Assembly (NCBI GenBank): GCA_030648615.1
Contig: JAUSHJ010000040.1
Location: 6,769-70,768 of the forward strand
Length of the DNA: 64,000 nt
Direction of reading: 5' to 3'
From: Candidatus Micrarchaeota archaeon
GTDB lineage: Archaea > Micrarchaeota > Micrarchaeia > Anstonellales > Bilamarchaeaceae
Both the position numbers and the translations under genes were made by a program. A model generated the notes under the pieces. It had not been told where the DNA came from, did no database searches, and worked only from the letters and a program-made list of their open reading frames with translations. Every line of letters starts with the position of its first letter. Within the stretch, counting starts at the first letter, position 1. Shown here piece after piece: positions 25,702 through 35,628 of this stretch.

Positions 25702-28700
25702 ACGCAAAATTATTTTATAATTCTCAAAGCCGAACTGCAGAAAGCATATGCAATTTCCAGCGAAGCTCGTTCGAAAGGTTTTGATCCTGAAAAAGAAGTA
25801 GAAGTTAAAATAGCTCCAGACGTTGCAGCAAGAGTAGAAGGTATTGTGGGTCCAAAGGGAATTGCAGAAATTATACGTAGTATGGAGAAGCAAGGAATTT
25901 CCAGAGAAGACGTCGCATTTGAAATAGCAAAAAAATTAGCTTCCGGAGAAATAATCAAAGGAACAAAAGAGCAACTTGTAGAACAAGCAGTTAGAACTGG
26001 ATTGGGGATACTTACAGAAGGTGTTCTTGTAGCTCCAACCGAAGGCATAGCTAAAGTTAGGGTAAAAAATAATCCTGATGGTACTGATTACGTTGCAGTT
26101 TATTATTCTGGTCCAATTAGAAGTGCTGGGGGAACTGCTGTAGCCTTAAGCGTTTTATTGGCAGATGTGGCTCGTAGGGTAGTTGGCATAGGAGATTATA
26201 GGGCAACTGATACTCAAATTGAAAGATATAATGAAGAGGTAAATATTTACGAATCACGTGTGGCGCATTTGCAATATAAGCCTCCTGAAGAAGATGTTAA
26301 ATGGGTTGTACAGAATTGCCCAGTTTGTATAGATGGTGATCCTACAGAAGAAATAGAAGTGAGTACTTTTCGCAGTGTTCCTGGTGTTGAAACCAATAGA
26401 ATAAGAGGGGGAGTACCACTTGTTATTTGTGAAGGGATAGCTCAGAAATGCGCAAAAGTTTTCAAGTATACTAAAAAACTTAACCTTGGCTGGACCTGGC
26501 TTGAAAAAATTATTAAAGTTAGTAAAAAAGAAGACAAGGTTGATATTAAGGTCGATTTTACCTATCTGGAAGGCATGGTAGCAGGAAGACCAGTATTTGC
26601 CTACCCATCTAGGATGGGTGGTTTTAGGCTCAGATATGGAAAAAGTAGGACGAATAGTCTAATGGCAAAAAATATTCACCCTGCAACAATGATTCTTCTT
26701 AGTAATTTTCTTGCCTATGGTACGCACATGAAAATTGAAAGACCAGGTAAAGGTTGTGTTATAGCTGGTCACGAATTGCTTGAACCTCCAGTGGTAAGAT
26801 TGAAAAATGGCACAGTGACAAAAGTCCATACTATCGAACACGCAGAGAATTTGGAAAATCAAGTATCAGAAGTACTTTTTCTTGGGGATATGTTAATTAC
26901 TTATGGTGATTTCCTAAAATCTAACTATCCGTTAATTCCAAGTGCTTGGTGTGATGAATGGTTCGTAAAGGAGTTAGAATCAAAAGGAGTTCAGCAGATT
27001 AACCTTAGCACAGCCAAAGACGCATTCGAATTTTCTAGGAAATACGAAGTCCCTCTTTTACCTCTATTTACTTATAACTGGGGAGATTTGAAAAAAGAGG
27101 AGCTTGGAAAACTTGCAGATTGGCTTTGTAAGGTGAATTTACAGTTAAATGAAAACGGAGAGTTGCAAGAAGCTACTATTGATAATGCCCCCGAGAAAAG
27201 TTATCTTGAAAACTTACTGGTGGAACATAAACTCGCAGATGGAAAAGTAATTCTAGAATCGGATAATGCTTACGCAGTTCTTAACACATTGGGGTTACTG
27301 AATCAGACTATTATTAGCATGGATAAATTTACTGCTGCATTTTCAAAATATAATTCGGTCTTTGAAATATTAAAAGAGTGTAGTGGAATAGAAATCAAAA
27401 ATAAATGTCCAAGTTATATTGGCGCAAGAATGGGTCGTCCAGAAAAAGCCAAGGAAAGAAAAATGGATGGTTCCCCACACGTTCTTTTTCCAACCGGTTC
27501 ACAGAAAAACAGAAGTATTGCTAAGGTTTACAAGACTATAAAAGGCAAGGATATAGAAAAAACCATTAATTTGGAGCTTGCAAGGATGCGCTGCATGAAT
27601 TGTAATTCACTTACATTTTATGCCAGATGTGAAACCTGTGGTGGAGCAGCAAGACTAGAACGTGCCTGTGTGAAATGTAGCAAGGCAACCGATAGCGAAA
27701 TTCACTGTGATGAAAAGACAATTATCTACGATCGGAGACCAATAAATATAATTTCCATTCTTGAAAATACCAAAAAGAAACTTGGTTTTATGCCAGAAGA
27801 TGTTAAAGGTATCAAAGGTCTTTCAAATCCTGAGAGATTTCCAGAACGTGTAGAAAAAGGGTTTTTCCGTTCAAAACACGATGTCTATGTATTTCGAGAT
27901 GGTACTTCCAGGTTCGATGCTACGGATATACCTATCACACACTTTATTCCAAAAGAAATTGGGGTAACCATTGAGAAACTACGTACTCTTGGCTATGACA
28001 AGGATTATTTTGGGAATGAGCTTACCAAAGATGATCAATTGGTTACCATGTATCATCAAGATATAATACTTGCAGATAATGGTGCTGACTATTTCATGAA
28101 AGTAGCAAATTTCATGGATGACATGCTGGTAAATCTTTATGGGTTACAATCATTTTATAATGTGAAAAAGAAAGATGATTTGATTGGGCATTTATGTGCT
28201 GCGCTTTCTCCTCACACTAGTGCAGCAGTGCTATGCAGAATAATTGGTTTTACCAGAGCTAATGTTGGATATGGGCATCCTTACTTTCATACTGTAAAGA
28301 GAAGAAATTGTTTCCATCCACAAACTCGTATTTTAATCGAAAGCAGTAAAAATAAAAAATACAAGATCCTCGAAGTTACACTAGAGGATATTACCGAGAA
28401 TCTACTAGGTGCTAAAAATGCACGCATAAAAGTTCTGGATAATGATACTATACGAGTAGAATCAGAAGAAGAATTATTTGTTCACAGTATAGATAAGAGT
28501 TCAAAACAGATAGTAAAAAGAAAAATAAAATGTTTCATGAAAACAAAAGCTCCAGAATACTGGATAAGAATAATGACCAAAAATGGAAGAGAGATGTCAG
28601 TTACACCGGATCACAATATTCTTTGTATAGAAAACGGCATCATGAAATCTATAGAAGCTTCTAATGTAGTTCTTGGGCAGAAAATACCAATACGAGATAA

Positions 28701-29592
28701 ATCAAAGAAATCATTTATACTTGAACCTATTGTAAAGATAGAAAAATTCATCGAGGTTAAAAATGCTTATTGCTTGGACATAGAAACAGAAAGCGATGAA
28801 TTAGTAGAGAAAAATGTTCTATTGAACAATGGTATATTTTGTATTCGATGTGATGGTGATGAAGACTGTGTTATGATGCTTTTGGATGCACTAATAAATT
28901 TCTCAAGACATTACCTGGATGAAAGACGTGGAGGAACAATGGACACTCCATTGGTACTTAGTCCAACCATAGATCCAAAAGAAGTAGATGATGAAGCACA
29001 CTGCATAGAAATGGTGACCAGTTACCCATTAGAATTTTATCATGCAACTGAAAGATTTGCATTGCCAAGCGAAGTAAAAATTAAAACTGTAAAAGATGTG
29101 CTTGGAAAAGATGAACAGTTTGACATTCCGCTTACTCATTTAGGTGGCTATATAGATAAGGGAAATATACGTACTGCCTACGTTTTGTTGGATTCAATTC
29201 CAGATAAAATAAAAGTGCAATTTGAATTGCACGAGCGACTTAGAGGTGTTGACCAGAAGGATGCTGCAGAACGGCTTATTCTTAGTCATTTCATCCCTGA
29301 TCTCTATGGCAATCTTCGTTCTTTTTCAAGACAAACTTTCCGCTGTGGTAATTGCAATGAAAGTTTCCGGAGAGTGCCCCTTGCAGGTAAATGTTATCGT
29401 TGCGGTGGAAATCTTCTTTTAACAATTAATAAAGGCGGAATTCAGAAATATTTAGAGATATCAAGGGGAATAATAGATCGGTATCAGCTTCCAGATTATT
29501 TGAAACAGCGGATTGATCTTCTTGACAAAGAGATAAAAAGTATATTTGAGGATGATAAGATAAAACAATTAGGTTTGGCAGATTTTATATAA
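25696..29592 (+). CDS. polC: DNA polymerase D large subunit DP2, intein-containing
   Basis: GPIRSAGGT, GFRLRYG, zinc fingers, KRRN|CDGDED catalytic motif split by an intein. An alternative in-frame ATG exists at 25612. Confidence 0.97.
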   Translation: MNTQNYFIILKAELQKAYAISSEARSKGFDPEKEVEVKIAPDVAARVEGIVGPKGIAEIIRSMEKQGISREDVAFEIAKKLASGEIIKGTKEQLVEQAVRTGLGILTEGVLVAPTEGIAKVRVKNNPDGTDYVAVYYSGPIRSAGGTAVALSVLLADVARRVVGIGDYRATDTQIERYNEEVNIYESRVAHLQYKPPEEDVKWVVQNCPVCIDGDPTEEIEVSTFRSVPGVETNRIRGGVPLVICEGIAQKCAKVFKYTKKLNLGWTWLEKIIKVSKKEDKVDIKVDFTYLEGMVAGRPVFAYPSRMGGFRLRYGKSRTNSLMAKNIHPATMILLSNFLAYGTHMKIERPGKGCVIAGHELLEPPVVRLKNGTVTKVHTIEHAENLENQVSEVLFLGDMLITYGDFLKSNYPLIPSAWCDEWFVKELESKGVQQINLSTAKDAFEFSRKYEVPLLPLFTYNWGDLKKEELGKLADWLCKVNLQLNENGELQEATIDNAPEKSYLENLLVEHKLADGKVILESDNAYAVLNTLGLLNQTIISMDKFTAAFSKYNSVFEILKECSGIEIKNKCPSYIGARMGRPEKAKERKMDGSPHVLFPTGSQKNRSIAKVYKTIKGKDIEKTINLELARMRCMNCNSLTFYARCETCGGAARLERACVKCSKATDSEIHCDEKTIIYDRRPINIISILENTKKKLGFMPEDVKGIKGLSNPERFPERVEKGFFRSKHDVYVFRDGTSRFDATDIPITHFIPKEIGVTIEKLRTLGYDKDYFGNELTKDDQLVTMYHQDIILADNGADYFMKVANFMDDMLVNLYGLQSFYNVKKKDDLIGHLCAALSPHTSAAVLCRIIGFTRANVGYGHPYFHTVKRRNCFHPQTRILIESSKNKKYKILEVTLEDITENLLGAKNARIKVLDNDTIRVESEEELFVHSIDKSSKQIVKRKIKCFMKTKAPEYWIRIMTKNGREMSVTPDHNILCIENGIMKSIEASNVVLGQKIPIRDKSKKSFILEPIVKIEKFIEVKNAYCLDIETESDELVEKNVLLNNGIFCIRCDGDEDCVMMLLDALINFSRHYLDERRGGTMDTPLVLSPTIDPKEVDDEAHCIEMVTSYPLEFYHATERFALPSEVKIKTVKDVLGKDEQFDIPLTHLGGYIDKGNIRTAYVLLDSIPDKIKVQFELHERLRGVDQKDAAERLILSHFIPDLYGNLRSFSRQTFRCGNCNESFRRVPLAGKCYRCGGNLLLTINKGGIQKYLEISRGIIDRYQLPDYLKQRIDLLDKEIKSIFEDDKIKQLGLADFI
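28309..28848 (+). mobile_element. mini-intein (180 aa) in DP2 with atypical C-terminal Arg
   Basis: CFHPQT start, block B VTPDH, block F AYCLDI, end NNGIFCIR|C. Confidence 0.9.
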
Positions 29593-29626
29593 TCTGCTAG
29601 ATGATATAGGGTAGACGGTAGTTATC

Positions 29627-31108
29627 ATGGAAATTTACAATTCACTAACGAAAAAAATCGAAGAGTTTAAGACAGGGGATTCTGGACCCAAGACCATCAT
29701 CATGTACACCTGCGGACTTACTCCATATGATAGTGCACACATAGGTCATGCAAGAACCTACGTAGCATTCGATATTATCAAAAGATATCTAGTAAAAAAA
29801 GGTCATAAAATTTATCATATACAAAACATTACTGATGTCGATGATAAGATAATTAAGAGATGCAAGGAAACTGGAAGTGATCCTAAAAAACTTACAGAAA
29901 CGATTCATACTGAAGCACTTGAATTATTTGATAAATTAAATATTATGCGTGCAGATGTTTATCCAAAGGTAACTGATAATATTCCAGAAATAATCGATGC
30001 TATAAAAAAACTCATTCAAAACGGATTTGCCTACGAGACTGCAAGTGGTGTCTATTATTCAGTTTCAAAGTTCAAGAATTATGGCAAGCTTTCCGGTCAA
30101 AAATTAGATGAAGTAAAATCAGGTGCAAGGGTAGAAGTAGATGAAACTAAAAAAGCAGCAGAAGATTTTGCAGTCTGGAAAAAGACTAATAACGAAATTA
30201 TCGAATTCGATTCTCCTTGGGGCAGAGGGAGGCCAGGTTGGCATATAGAATGCAGTGCCATGGCAGAAAAATACGCCAAAGGTACACTGGATATACATGG
30301 TGGCGGCAGGGATTTGATTTTTCCGCATCATGAAAATGAAATAGCACAAAGTGAAGCTGCATTTGATCATAAATTCGCTAAAATATGGGTGCATACTGGG
30401 CCGCTTACAGTTAACGGAGAAAAAATGAGTAAGAGTCTTGGTAATTTTGTAACTCTGAAAGAAGCAACAAATAAATTTGATGCAAATGCCATAAGGATGT
30501 TCTTTACTCAAACGCACTATCGTAGTTCCATGGATTATAATGAAGATACTTTAACTGCAGCACAGGAAAGTGTTGAAAGAATATTAAATTCTATCGGTCT
30601 TCTCGAAGAGTCACTTTCTAAAAAAGATAAAAAACACGATAAAACCGATGAGAAATTTGTTCAGGAAAGTAATAAACTAATCGAACAATTTTACAATTCA
30701 ATGGATAGTGATTTTGATACTCCAAATGCCATAGCTGCATCGTTTGGTTTGGTTAAGCTTGTCAATTCCCATGTTTCAAAAGATATGGTGGATATAAAAC
30801 AACTTAAAAAAGTAAATGAAAAAATGAATTCTATGGTTGAAATATTTGGATTTGTTGAGAAAAAATCAGATGTTTCATTCAAAATAGATGAGCTTAAGAA
30901 GCTCGCTAAAGATATAGAACTTAATTATGGGATTTCCATAGATAATGAATCGAGTGCTGAAATTCTCATTAGTGAAATTACAAATGCTCGTGAGTCTCTG
31001 AGGAAAGCAAAGAATTATTCTGCATCTGATGATATCAGAAATAAGTTAGCTTTCATGGGGATTTTATTAGAAGATAGTTCTGGTGGAATAAGGAAAAAAA
31101 TAAAGTAA
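29627..31108 (+). CDS. cysS: cysteinyl-tRNA synthetase
   Basis: CGLT, HIGH, GRPGWHIEC, KMSKS. Confidence 0.97.
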   Translation: MEIYNSLTKKIEEFKTGDSGPKTIIMYTCGLTPYDSAHIGHARTYVAFDIIKRYLVKKGHKIYHIQNITDVDDKIIKRCKETGSDPKKLTETIHTEALELFDKLNIMRADVYPKVTDNIPEIIDAIKKLIQNGFAYETASGVYYSVSKFKNYGKLSGQKLDEVKSGARVEVDETKKAAEDFAVWKKTNNEIIEFDSPWGRGRPGWHIECSAMAEKYAKGTLDIHGGGRDLIFPHHENEIAQSEAAFDHKFAKIWVHTGPLTVNGEKMSKSLGNFVTLKEATNKFDANAIRMFFTQTHYRSSMDYNEDTLTAAQESVERILNSIGLLEESLSKKDKKHDKTDEKFVQESNKLIEQFYNSMDSDFDTPNAIAASFGLVKLVNSHVSKDMVDIKQLKKVNEKMNSMVEIFGFVEKKSDVSFKIDELKKLAKDIELNYGISIDNESSAEILISEITNARESLRKAKNYSASDDIRNKLAFMGILLEDSSGGIRKKIK

Positions 31109-31127
31109 AATAATACGGGTGATTTTC

Positions 31128-31832
31128 ATAGTTCAGATATCTATAGTTATACCTACGTTGAATGAGGAAAAGTATGTTGAAAAAACTCTTCGATCTATAA
31201 AAAATCAAAATATTAAAAAAAGTTACGAAACTATAATTGTGGACAGTTATAGTAAAGATAAGACTTTACTCATTGCAAAGAAGTATGGCTGCAAGGTAGT
31301 TCACTGTCCTCCTGGTATAATTGCATTGGCAAGGCAAAAAGGTTTCGATGTTGCTGAAGGCAACGTTTTTGTATGTGCAAATGCAGATACTATATACCCT
31401 AGGAATTGGCTCGAGAGACTCACAAAGCCAATATTCGATAAAAAAGCAGTTGCCAGCTGTGGTAACCTTACTCCATTAGATGGAAACACTATAGAACGTA
31501 TATTTACCAAGCGTATTCTTCACCCAATTGCAAGTATATCATTCAAATTAGGTATGCACTATGCTCCAGGAGAGACCATTGCATTTACCAAGCAGGTATT
31601 TGACAAAGTCAAAGGTTTCAATGTGAAACTGAAAACTGCAGAAGATATGGATCTGATAAAGAGGATATCTAAACATGGTAAAGTTGCCTATGTGCCAGAT
31701 GCTATGGTTTACATTTCTATGAGGAGAATAAGAAAATGGGGATATTTTTATTATATAACATTCCACACTACTAATTTTATCAGTATAAATCTGCTAAATC
31801 GTGGCCATGATAAGTATGAACCTATAAGATGA
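31128..31832 (+). CDS. GT2 glycosyltransferase (possible ATA start)
   Basis: SIVIPTLNEE, VDSYSKD, NAD, ED, RR. The track's GTG at 31119 lies inside GGTGA. Confidence 0.85.
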   Translation: MVQISIVIPTLNEEKYVEKTLRSIKNQNIKKSYETIIVDSYSKDKTLLIAKKYGCKVVHCPPGIIALARQKGFDVAEGNVFVCANADTIYPRNWLERLTKPIFDKKAVASCGNLTPLDGNTIERIFTKRILHPIASISFKLGMHYAPGETIAFTKQVFDKVKGFNVKLKTAEDMDLIKRISKHGKVAYVPDAMVYISMRRIRKWGYFYYITFHTTNFISINLLNRGHDKYEPIR

Positions 31833-31870
31833 TCTTATAACAGGGTATCAAAAAGTTATTAATTAAAAAA

Positions 31871-32644
31871 TTATTTGAGTATTTTAACTACAATATAAAT
31901 GACAATTACTCCAATAAATAATGCAATAGTTTGAAGCAGGTCTTTTTTCAATGTCGCATCTTTTTTTTCGTGATTATGGAATAATTCAGGTATTAAATCT
32001 GTGCAGGACATATATATGAAAGTTCCAGCTGTAAATGCTAGACCTAGTGCTTGAAGATCCTTTATTGTTTGGGCGAAGTAAAAGAATACTACTGCTCCGA
32101 TAATTGATATTAGTGCACTGAGGAGATTGAAAAAAAGAGCCTTACTTCTACTAAAACCACTATATATCAAGAGTCCAAAATCCCCTATCTCCTGGGGGAT
32201 TTCGTGAGCAACTATTGCTATAGTAGTTATTACACCAAGGTGAAAATCGGTCATAAAGCTAGCTGCTATGGCTACACCATCAAAGAAATTGTGCATTCCA
32301 TCTCCTATGAGATTAAGATAACCAACTGCCTTAATTTTGACCTCACCTTTCTTATGTTGGTCATGGATGTGATGATGGTTGTGGTGCCAGTAAACAAATT
32401 TTTCTAAAATGAAAAACATTAATATGCTCAGGAGTGTGGTTGTAAGTACTTGGTCAGCAGGTAAAGTATCCAGGGCCTCGGGAAGTACATCGAAAAATGC
32501 ACCAGCAAGCATTGCTCCTGCTGCAAAACTTATTATTAATACTAGCCAAAGGTCATCTTTTTTGTTTGTGGGAGCTAAAAATACTCCTACAAGAGAGATG
32601 ACGCTTACGATAATTGTTGCGAGTAATATCTGTTCCAGAACCAT
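31871..32644 (-). CDS. ZIP-family metal transporter
   Basis: His-rich loop, HNFFDG, HEIPQE. Confidence 0.92.
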   Translation of the reverse strand: MVLEQILLATIIVSVISLVGVFLAPTNKKDDLWLVLIISFAAGAMLAGAFFDVLPEALDTLPADQVLTTTLLSILMFFILEKFVYWHHNHHHIHDQHKKGEVKIKAVGYLNLIGDGMHNFFDGVAIAASFMTDFHLGVITTIAIVAHEIPQEIGDFGLLIYSGFSRSKALFFNLLSALISIIGAVVFFYFAQTIKDLQALGLAFTAGTFIYMSCTDLIPELFHNHEKKDATLKKDLLQTIALFIGVIVIYIVVKILK

Positions 32645-32782
32645 AACCAGTTAATCAACCAAATTATTAATAAACTTAACTATAGAAGTTATTAACTATT
32701 GTAATGATTATAGGTGGAAGTTAATAATATCAGAGCTAAATCGAGAATTTGGAGATATATGCTCAAACCTGAAGGTTTCAAT

Positions 32783-33172
32783 ATGGCAAAAATACTAAGT
32801 TTTTCCCTGGATCGCGAAAGTCTGGAATTGCTAGATAAAATCGAGAATGTAACTTCATTTAAAAATCGTTCCGAGCTCATTCGTTCTGCTCTTCAATTAT
32901 TGCTCAATGATTCCAAAGAACTGGATAAAATGTCTGGGTATGTAAATGCCATAGTTGTGGTGACACATCCAGAATACAACGAGGAAAACATCTCTAAGAT
33001 AACTCATCAATATAGTGATTTAATCGCTACACACATACACAATAATGTGCATAGTGCTTGCATGGAGACTTTTATTGTACATGGGAATGCTGTTACGGTA
33101 TCAGCATTAGTTAAATCATTGAAAGAGAGCAAGGCAGTGAGTTATGTAAAACTTATGGTTGTGGCGGATTAG
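32783..33172 (+). CDS. NikR-like RHH/ACT metalloregulator
   Basis: ILSFSLD..NRSELIR; H-x-H...C metal site; divergent from the ZIP gene. Confidence 0.85.
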   Translation: MAKILSFSLDRESLELLDKIENVTSFKNRSELIRSALQLLLNDSKELDKMSGYVNAIVVVTHPEYNEENISKITHQYSDLIATHIHNNVHSACMETFIVHGNAVTVSALVKSLKESKAVSYVKLMVVAD

Positions 33173-33174
33173 CC

Positions 33175-33227
33175 GTCTCCAGTCTCCCGTTTCGAGTCTA
33201 GCGTTCTGTCTAAGTTTCGAGTTTTGT
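33175..33227 (+). repeat. heptamer array
   Basis: gtctcca gtctccc gtttcga gtctagc ... gtttcga gttttgt. Confidence 0.8.
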
Positions 33228-33319
33228 ATCCACAGTGTAACTAACTGGTTTTTTAAGATTAATCCTTTATAGACATAAATAGCAAAACTGAAAATAGGAA
33301 ACGCAATTGAGGTGTATTC

Positions 33320-34081
33320 ATGGCTGTAACTGTACAGGTCAATGGATTAAGGTACAAAAGTACAACTGATCCTAAGAGGATGTTGACTCACGCAGCACTT
33401 AGTGAACTCATTCGTAGTGATTGGGAATGGGGAACTATTAAAAACCTCTTACCTGCCAGAACAGCAACTTTTCTTGAATGTGATGTGGGTGCAAGAAAGG
33501 CAATGGCCTGGAATGAAGGCGAGAAGAAAATAGAGATACCTCTACCTCTTGAAGATGGATACTATGTATCAGATGGCAATCCATTTGCTATTCCGAATGG
33601 ACGAAGAAGTATCGCTGATGATCCAGATGCTCTTAATCTAGTGCGTCCTCAAGATAGAGGATTCAGCAGATCGGTTGTCCGGGTCGGTGGGCGTGATGTC
33701 GTTGTTGGCGTTGGCGGATCCATTGTCTTCGGAGTGGCGCTAGTCAGTAGTGAGTCTCCGGTTGCGAGTCTAGTGTCTCAGGTTTCCAGTCCTGATAATT
33801 GGACTAGTGGTGCAAGGCACGGAGTGTATGATCCGAAAGTTGGTTATCACAATAGCGCGGGTTTTGATGGCGTTAATAGCGTAGTAATTATCCGTGGTGA
33901 TATTCGCGTTGTTGGTTTTGCACATTGTGTTACTTCAGTAGCAGTGGAGAGCGGCAGGCTTGAACAACTTGAACACTTGCTTGCTCCTGAAACGCCATTT
34001 CTAGATCTTCTGAGAAATGCTACTCCAGAACAGGTGCGGGTTGCGATTGATAATTTCCTGGCTGAGCTGGCAAAGAGGTGA
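33320..34081 (+). CDS. hypothetical protein, possible DGR-target (CLec-like) family
   Basis: SVVRVGGRDVVVGVGGSIVFGVAL segment rich in NNY codons; in-frame heptamer array at 33754-33795. Confidence 0.55.
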   Translation: MAVTVQVNGLRYKSTTDPKRMLTHAALSELIRSDWEWGTIKNLLPARTATFLECDVGARKAMAWNEGEKKIEIPLPLEDGYYVSDGNPFAIPNGRRSIADDPDALNLVRPQDRGFSRSVVRVGGRDVVVGVGGSIVFGVALVSSESPVASLVSQVSSPDNWTSGARHGVYDPKVGYHNSAGFDGVNSVVIIRGDIRVVGFAHCVTSVAVESGRLEQLEHLLAPETPFLDLLRNATPEQVRVAIDNFLAELAKR

Positions 34082-34812
34082 TTTGGTTGAAACGTGTTCA
34101 CGGTCCTATTTTAGTTGCTAATCAAAAGGTTGAAGTAGTTCACAATCAGTCTTGGTTGGAAGCCATCCATAGAAGTAATGTTGCTAGAAGGACAATGGCA
34201 CCGAATTCATTTTTTAATAAGTTATTTCTTGAAAAAGATGATAATGGAAAACTCAAATCTCTTCCAAGTAAGATTTTAAAAGTTCGACCTTGGTATACTG
34301 GTACTGTAGGCGTGATCGGAGCAAAAGGCAGAGCATTTGGACCCAGTGTAGAATCCCAGTGTGAATATGCGGGGGGCATGAAAACGATTATCACAAAGTT
34401 TGATGCAGAGCAAGCTAGTTTTGTTGATGTTATGTTGTTGCGCAATCATGGATTTGCCCCAGATGGTACTCCATACATATTGCTATCCAATGCAAAAACA
34501 GGAAGGTTAATACGCGATGAAGAAGAAATGCGGGAAACTAGTGAAGTGCTTTTAAGTCTAAACGGCCTAATTCGTACGTGCAATCTCAGAACTAGGCTTG
34601 GTGACTGGTTTGAATCATTTAACGACGAACTTACTTCTAGTTGGATTTCTGATAGTCCAACTATTGGTCTTTTGGAGCGCGATCATTTAGAGCCATATAT
34701 TAGGCGTAATATTGTTCTTGATGTTATGCGGTTTCATCGCCTTGGGATATTATGGGACGTTATAGATACGGATTCGAGCATTCCAAGTGAAAAATCGGCA
34801 GCACAAGATTAA
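34078..34812 (+). CDS. hypothetical protein, possible DGR-target-like family
   Basis: PWYTGT; C-terminal IGLLER...RRNIVLD...RLGILW. Confidence 0.5.
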   Translation: MIWLKRVHGPILVANQKVEVVHNQSWLEAIHRSNVARRTMAPNSFFNKLFLEKDDNGKLKSLPSKILKVRPWYTGTVGVIGAKGRAFGPSVESQCEYAGGMKTIITKFDAEQASFVDVMLLRNHGFAPDGTPYILLSNAKTGRLIRDEEEMRETSEVLLSLNGLIRTCNLRTRLGDWFESFNDELTSSWISDSPTIGLLERDHLEPYIRRNIVLDVMRFHRLGILWDVIDTDSSIPSEKSAAQD

Positions 34813-34834
34813 TAATTTATTTCATGTTCTTTCT

Positions 34835-34895
34835 TTCTACTGTAAATTTTATTTAATTTACAACAGGACAAATTAATTTTGTAATTTGTCTTTTC
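34835..34895. repeat. two-hairpin dispersed repeat (copy 2)
   Basis: ttctactgtaaatt..aatttacaacaggacaaatt..aatttgtcttttc. Confidence 0.8.
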
Positions 34896-35511
34896 AATAA
34901 ATCACAAATGTCGCTTTTTTGTCTTTAATAACATATTTTCCCTTAGAAAAAGAATTTACTACCTTTCTATAAGCTTCATGCTCGCGTTTCAATATCTTTT
35001 CAGAAACTTCTCCTATTGATTTACAATTACTAATATCTACTTTTTCCTGATATATTATTGGTCCAGCATCAAGTTCTTCGTTTACAAAGTGAATTGTCAA
35101 ACCGCTGATTTTCTCTCCAGCTTCAAATGCCTGTTTCTGTGCATCAACACCTGGGTATTTCGGCAATAAGGATGGGTGGATATTGATTATCCTGTTTCGG
35201 TAGACATCGAACAGTTCTTTTGCTTTTAGAAGACGCATATATCCTGCAAGCACTACCAGTTCTACGTTGTTACTATCGAGAATTTGTTTTATTTTCAAAT
35301 CCATTTCCTCGCGTGTTTTGAATTTTGAACGTTCTACTACTTCATATTTTATTCCAGACTTCTTCGCACGTTCTATTGCCTTGGCATCTGGGTTGTCAGT
35401 TATGAGTATTTTTATTTCGCAATTCACTTCTCCATTTTTTATTCCATCTATAATTGCTTGAAAGTTACTTCCTCTTCCAGATGCAAGTACTGCTATTGAG
35501 ATTTTTGCCAT
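34894..35511 (-). CDS. purN: phosphoribosylglycinamide formyltransferase
   Basis: ASGRGSN, LAGYMR, NIHPSLLP, LDAGPII. Confidence 0.93.
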   Translation of the reverse strand: MAKISIAVLASGRGSNFQAIIDGIKNGEVNCEIKILITDNPDAKAIERAKKSGIKYEVVERSKFKTREEMDLKIKQILDSNNVELVVLAGYMRLLKAKELFDVYRNRIINIHPSLLPKYPGVDAQKQAFEAGEKISGLTIHFVNEELDAGPIIYQEKVDISNCKSIGEVSEKILKREHEAYRKVVNSFSKGKYVIKDKKATFVIY

Positions 35512-35549
35512 AATAATACTTGCTGGAATAGGTTTAAAGATTTTCATTG

Positions 35550-35604
35550 TACTATAAATTCTATTGAATTTACAACAGAACAAATCTCTTGTCGATTTGT
35601 TCTT
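35550..35604. repeat. two-hairpin dispersed repeat (copy 3)
   Basis: tactataaattctattgaatttacaacagaacaaatc..gatttgttct. Confidence 0.75.
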
Positions 35605-35628
35605 GTTTCTAATACTTTAGGTGATATC

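Noticed and set aside
33320-34812. Complete DGR cassette
   Set aside because: No reverse transcriptase, Avd or AAC-rich template repeat seen in the window.
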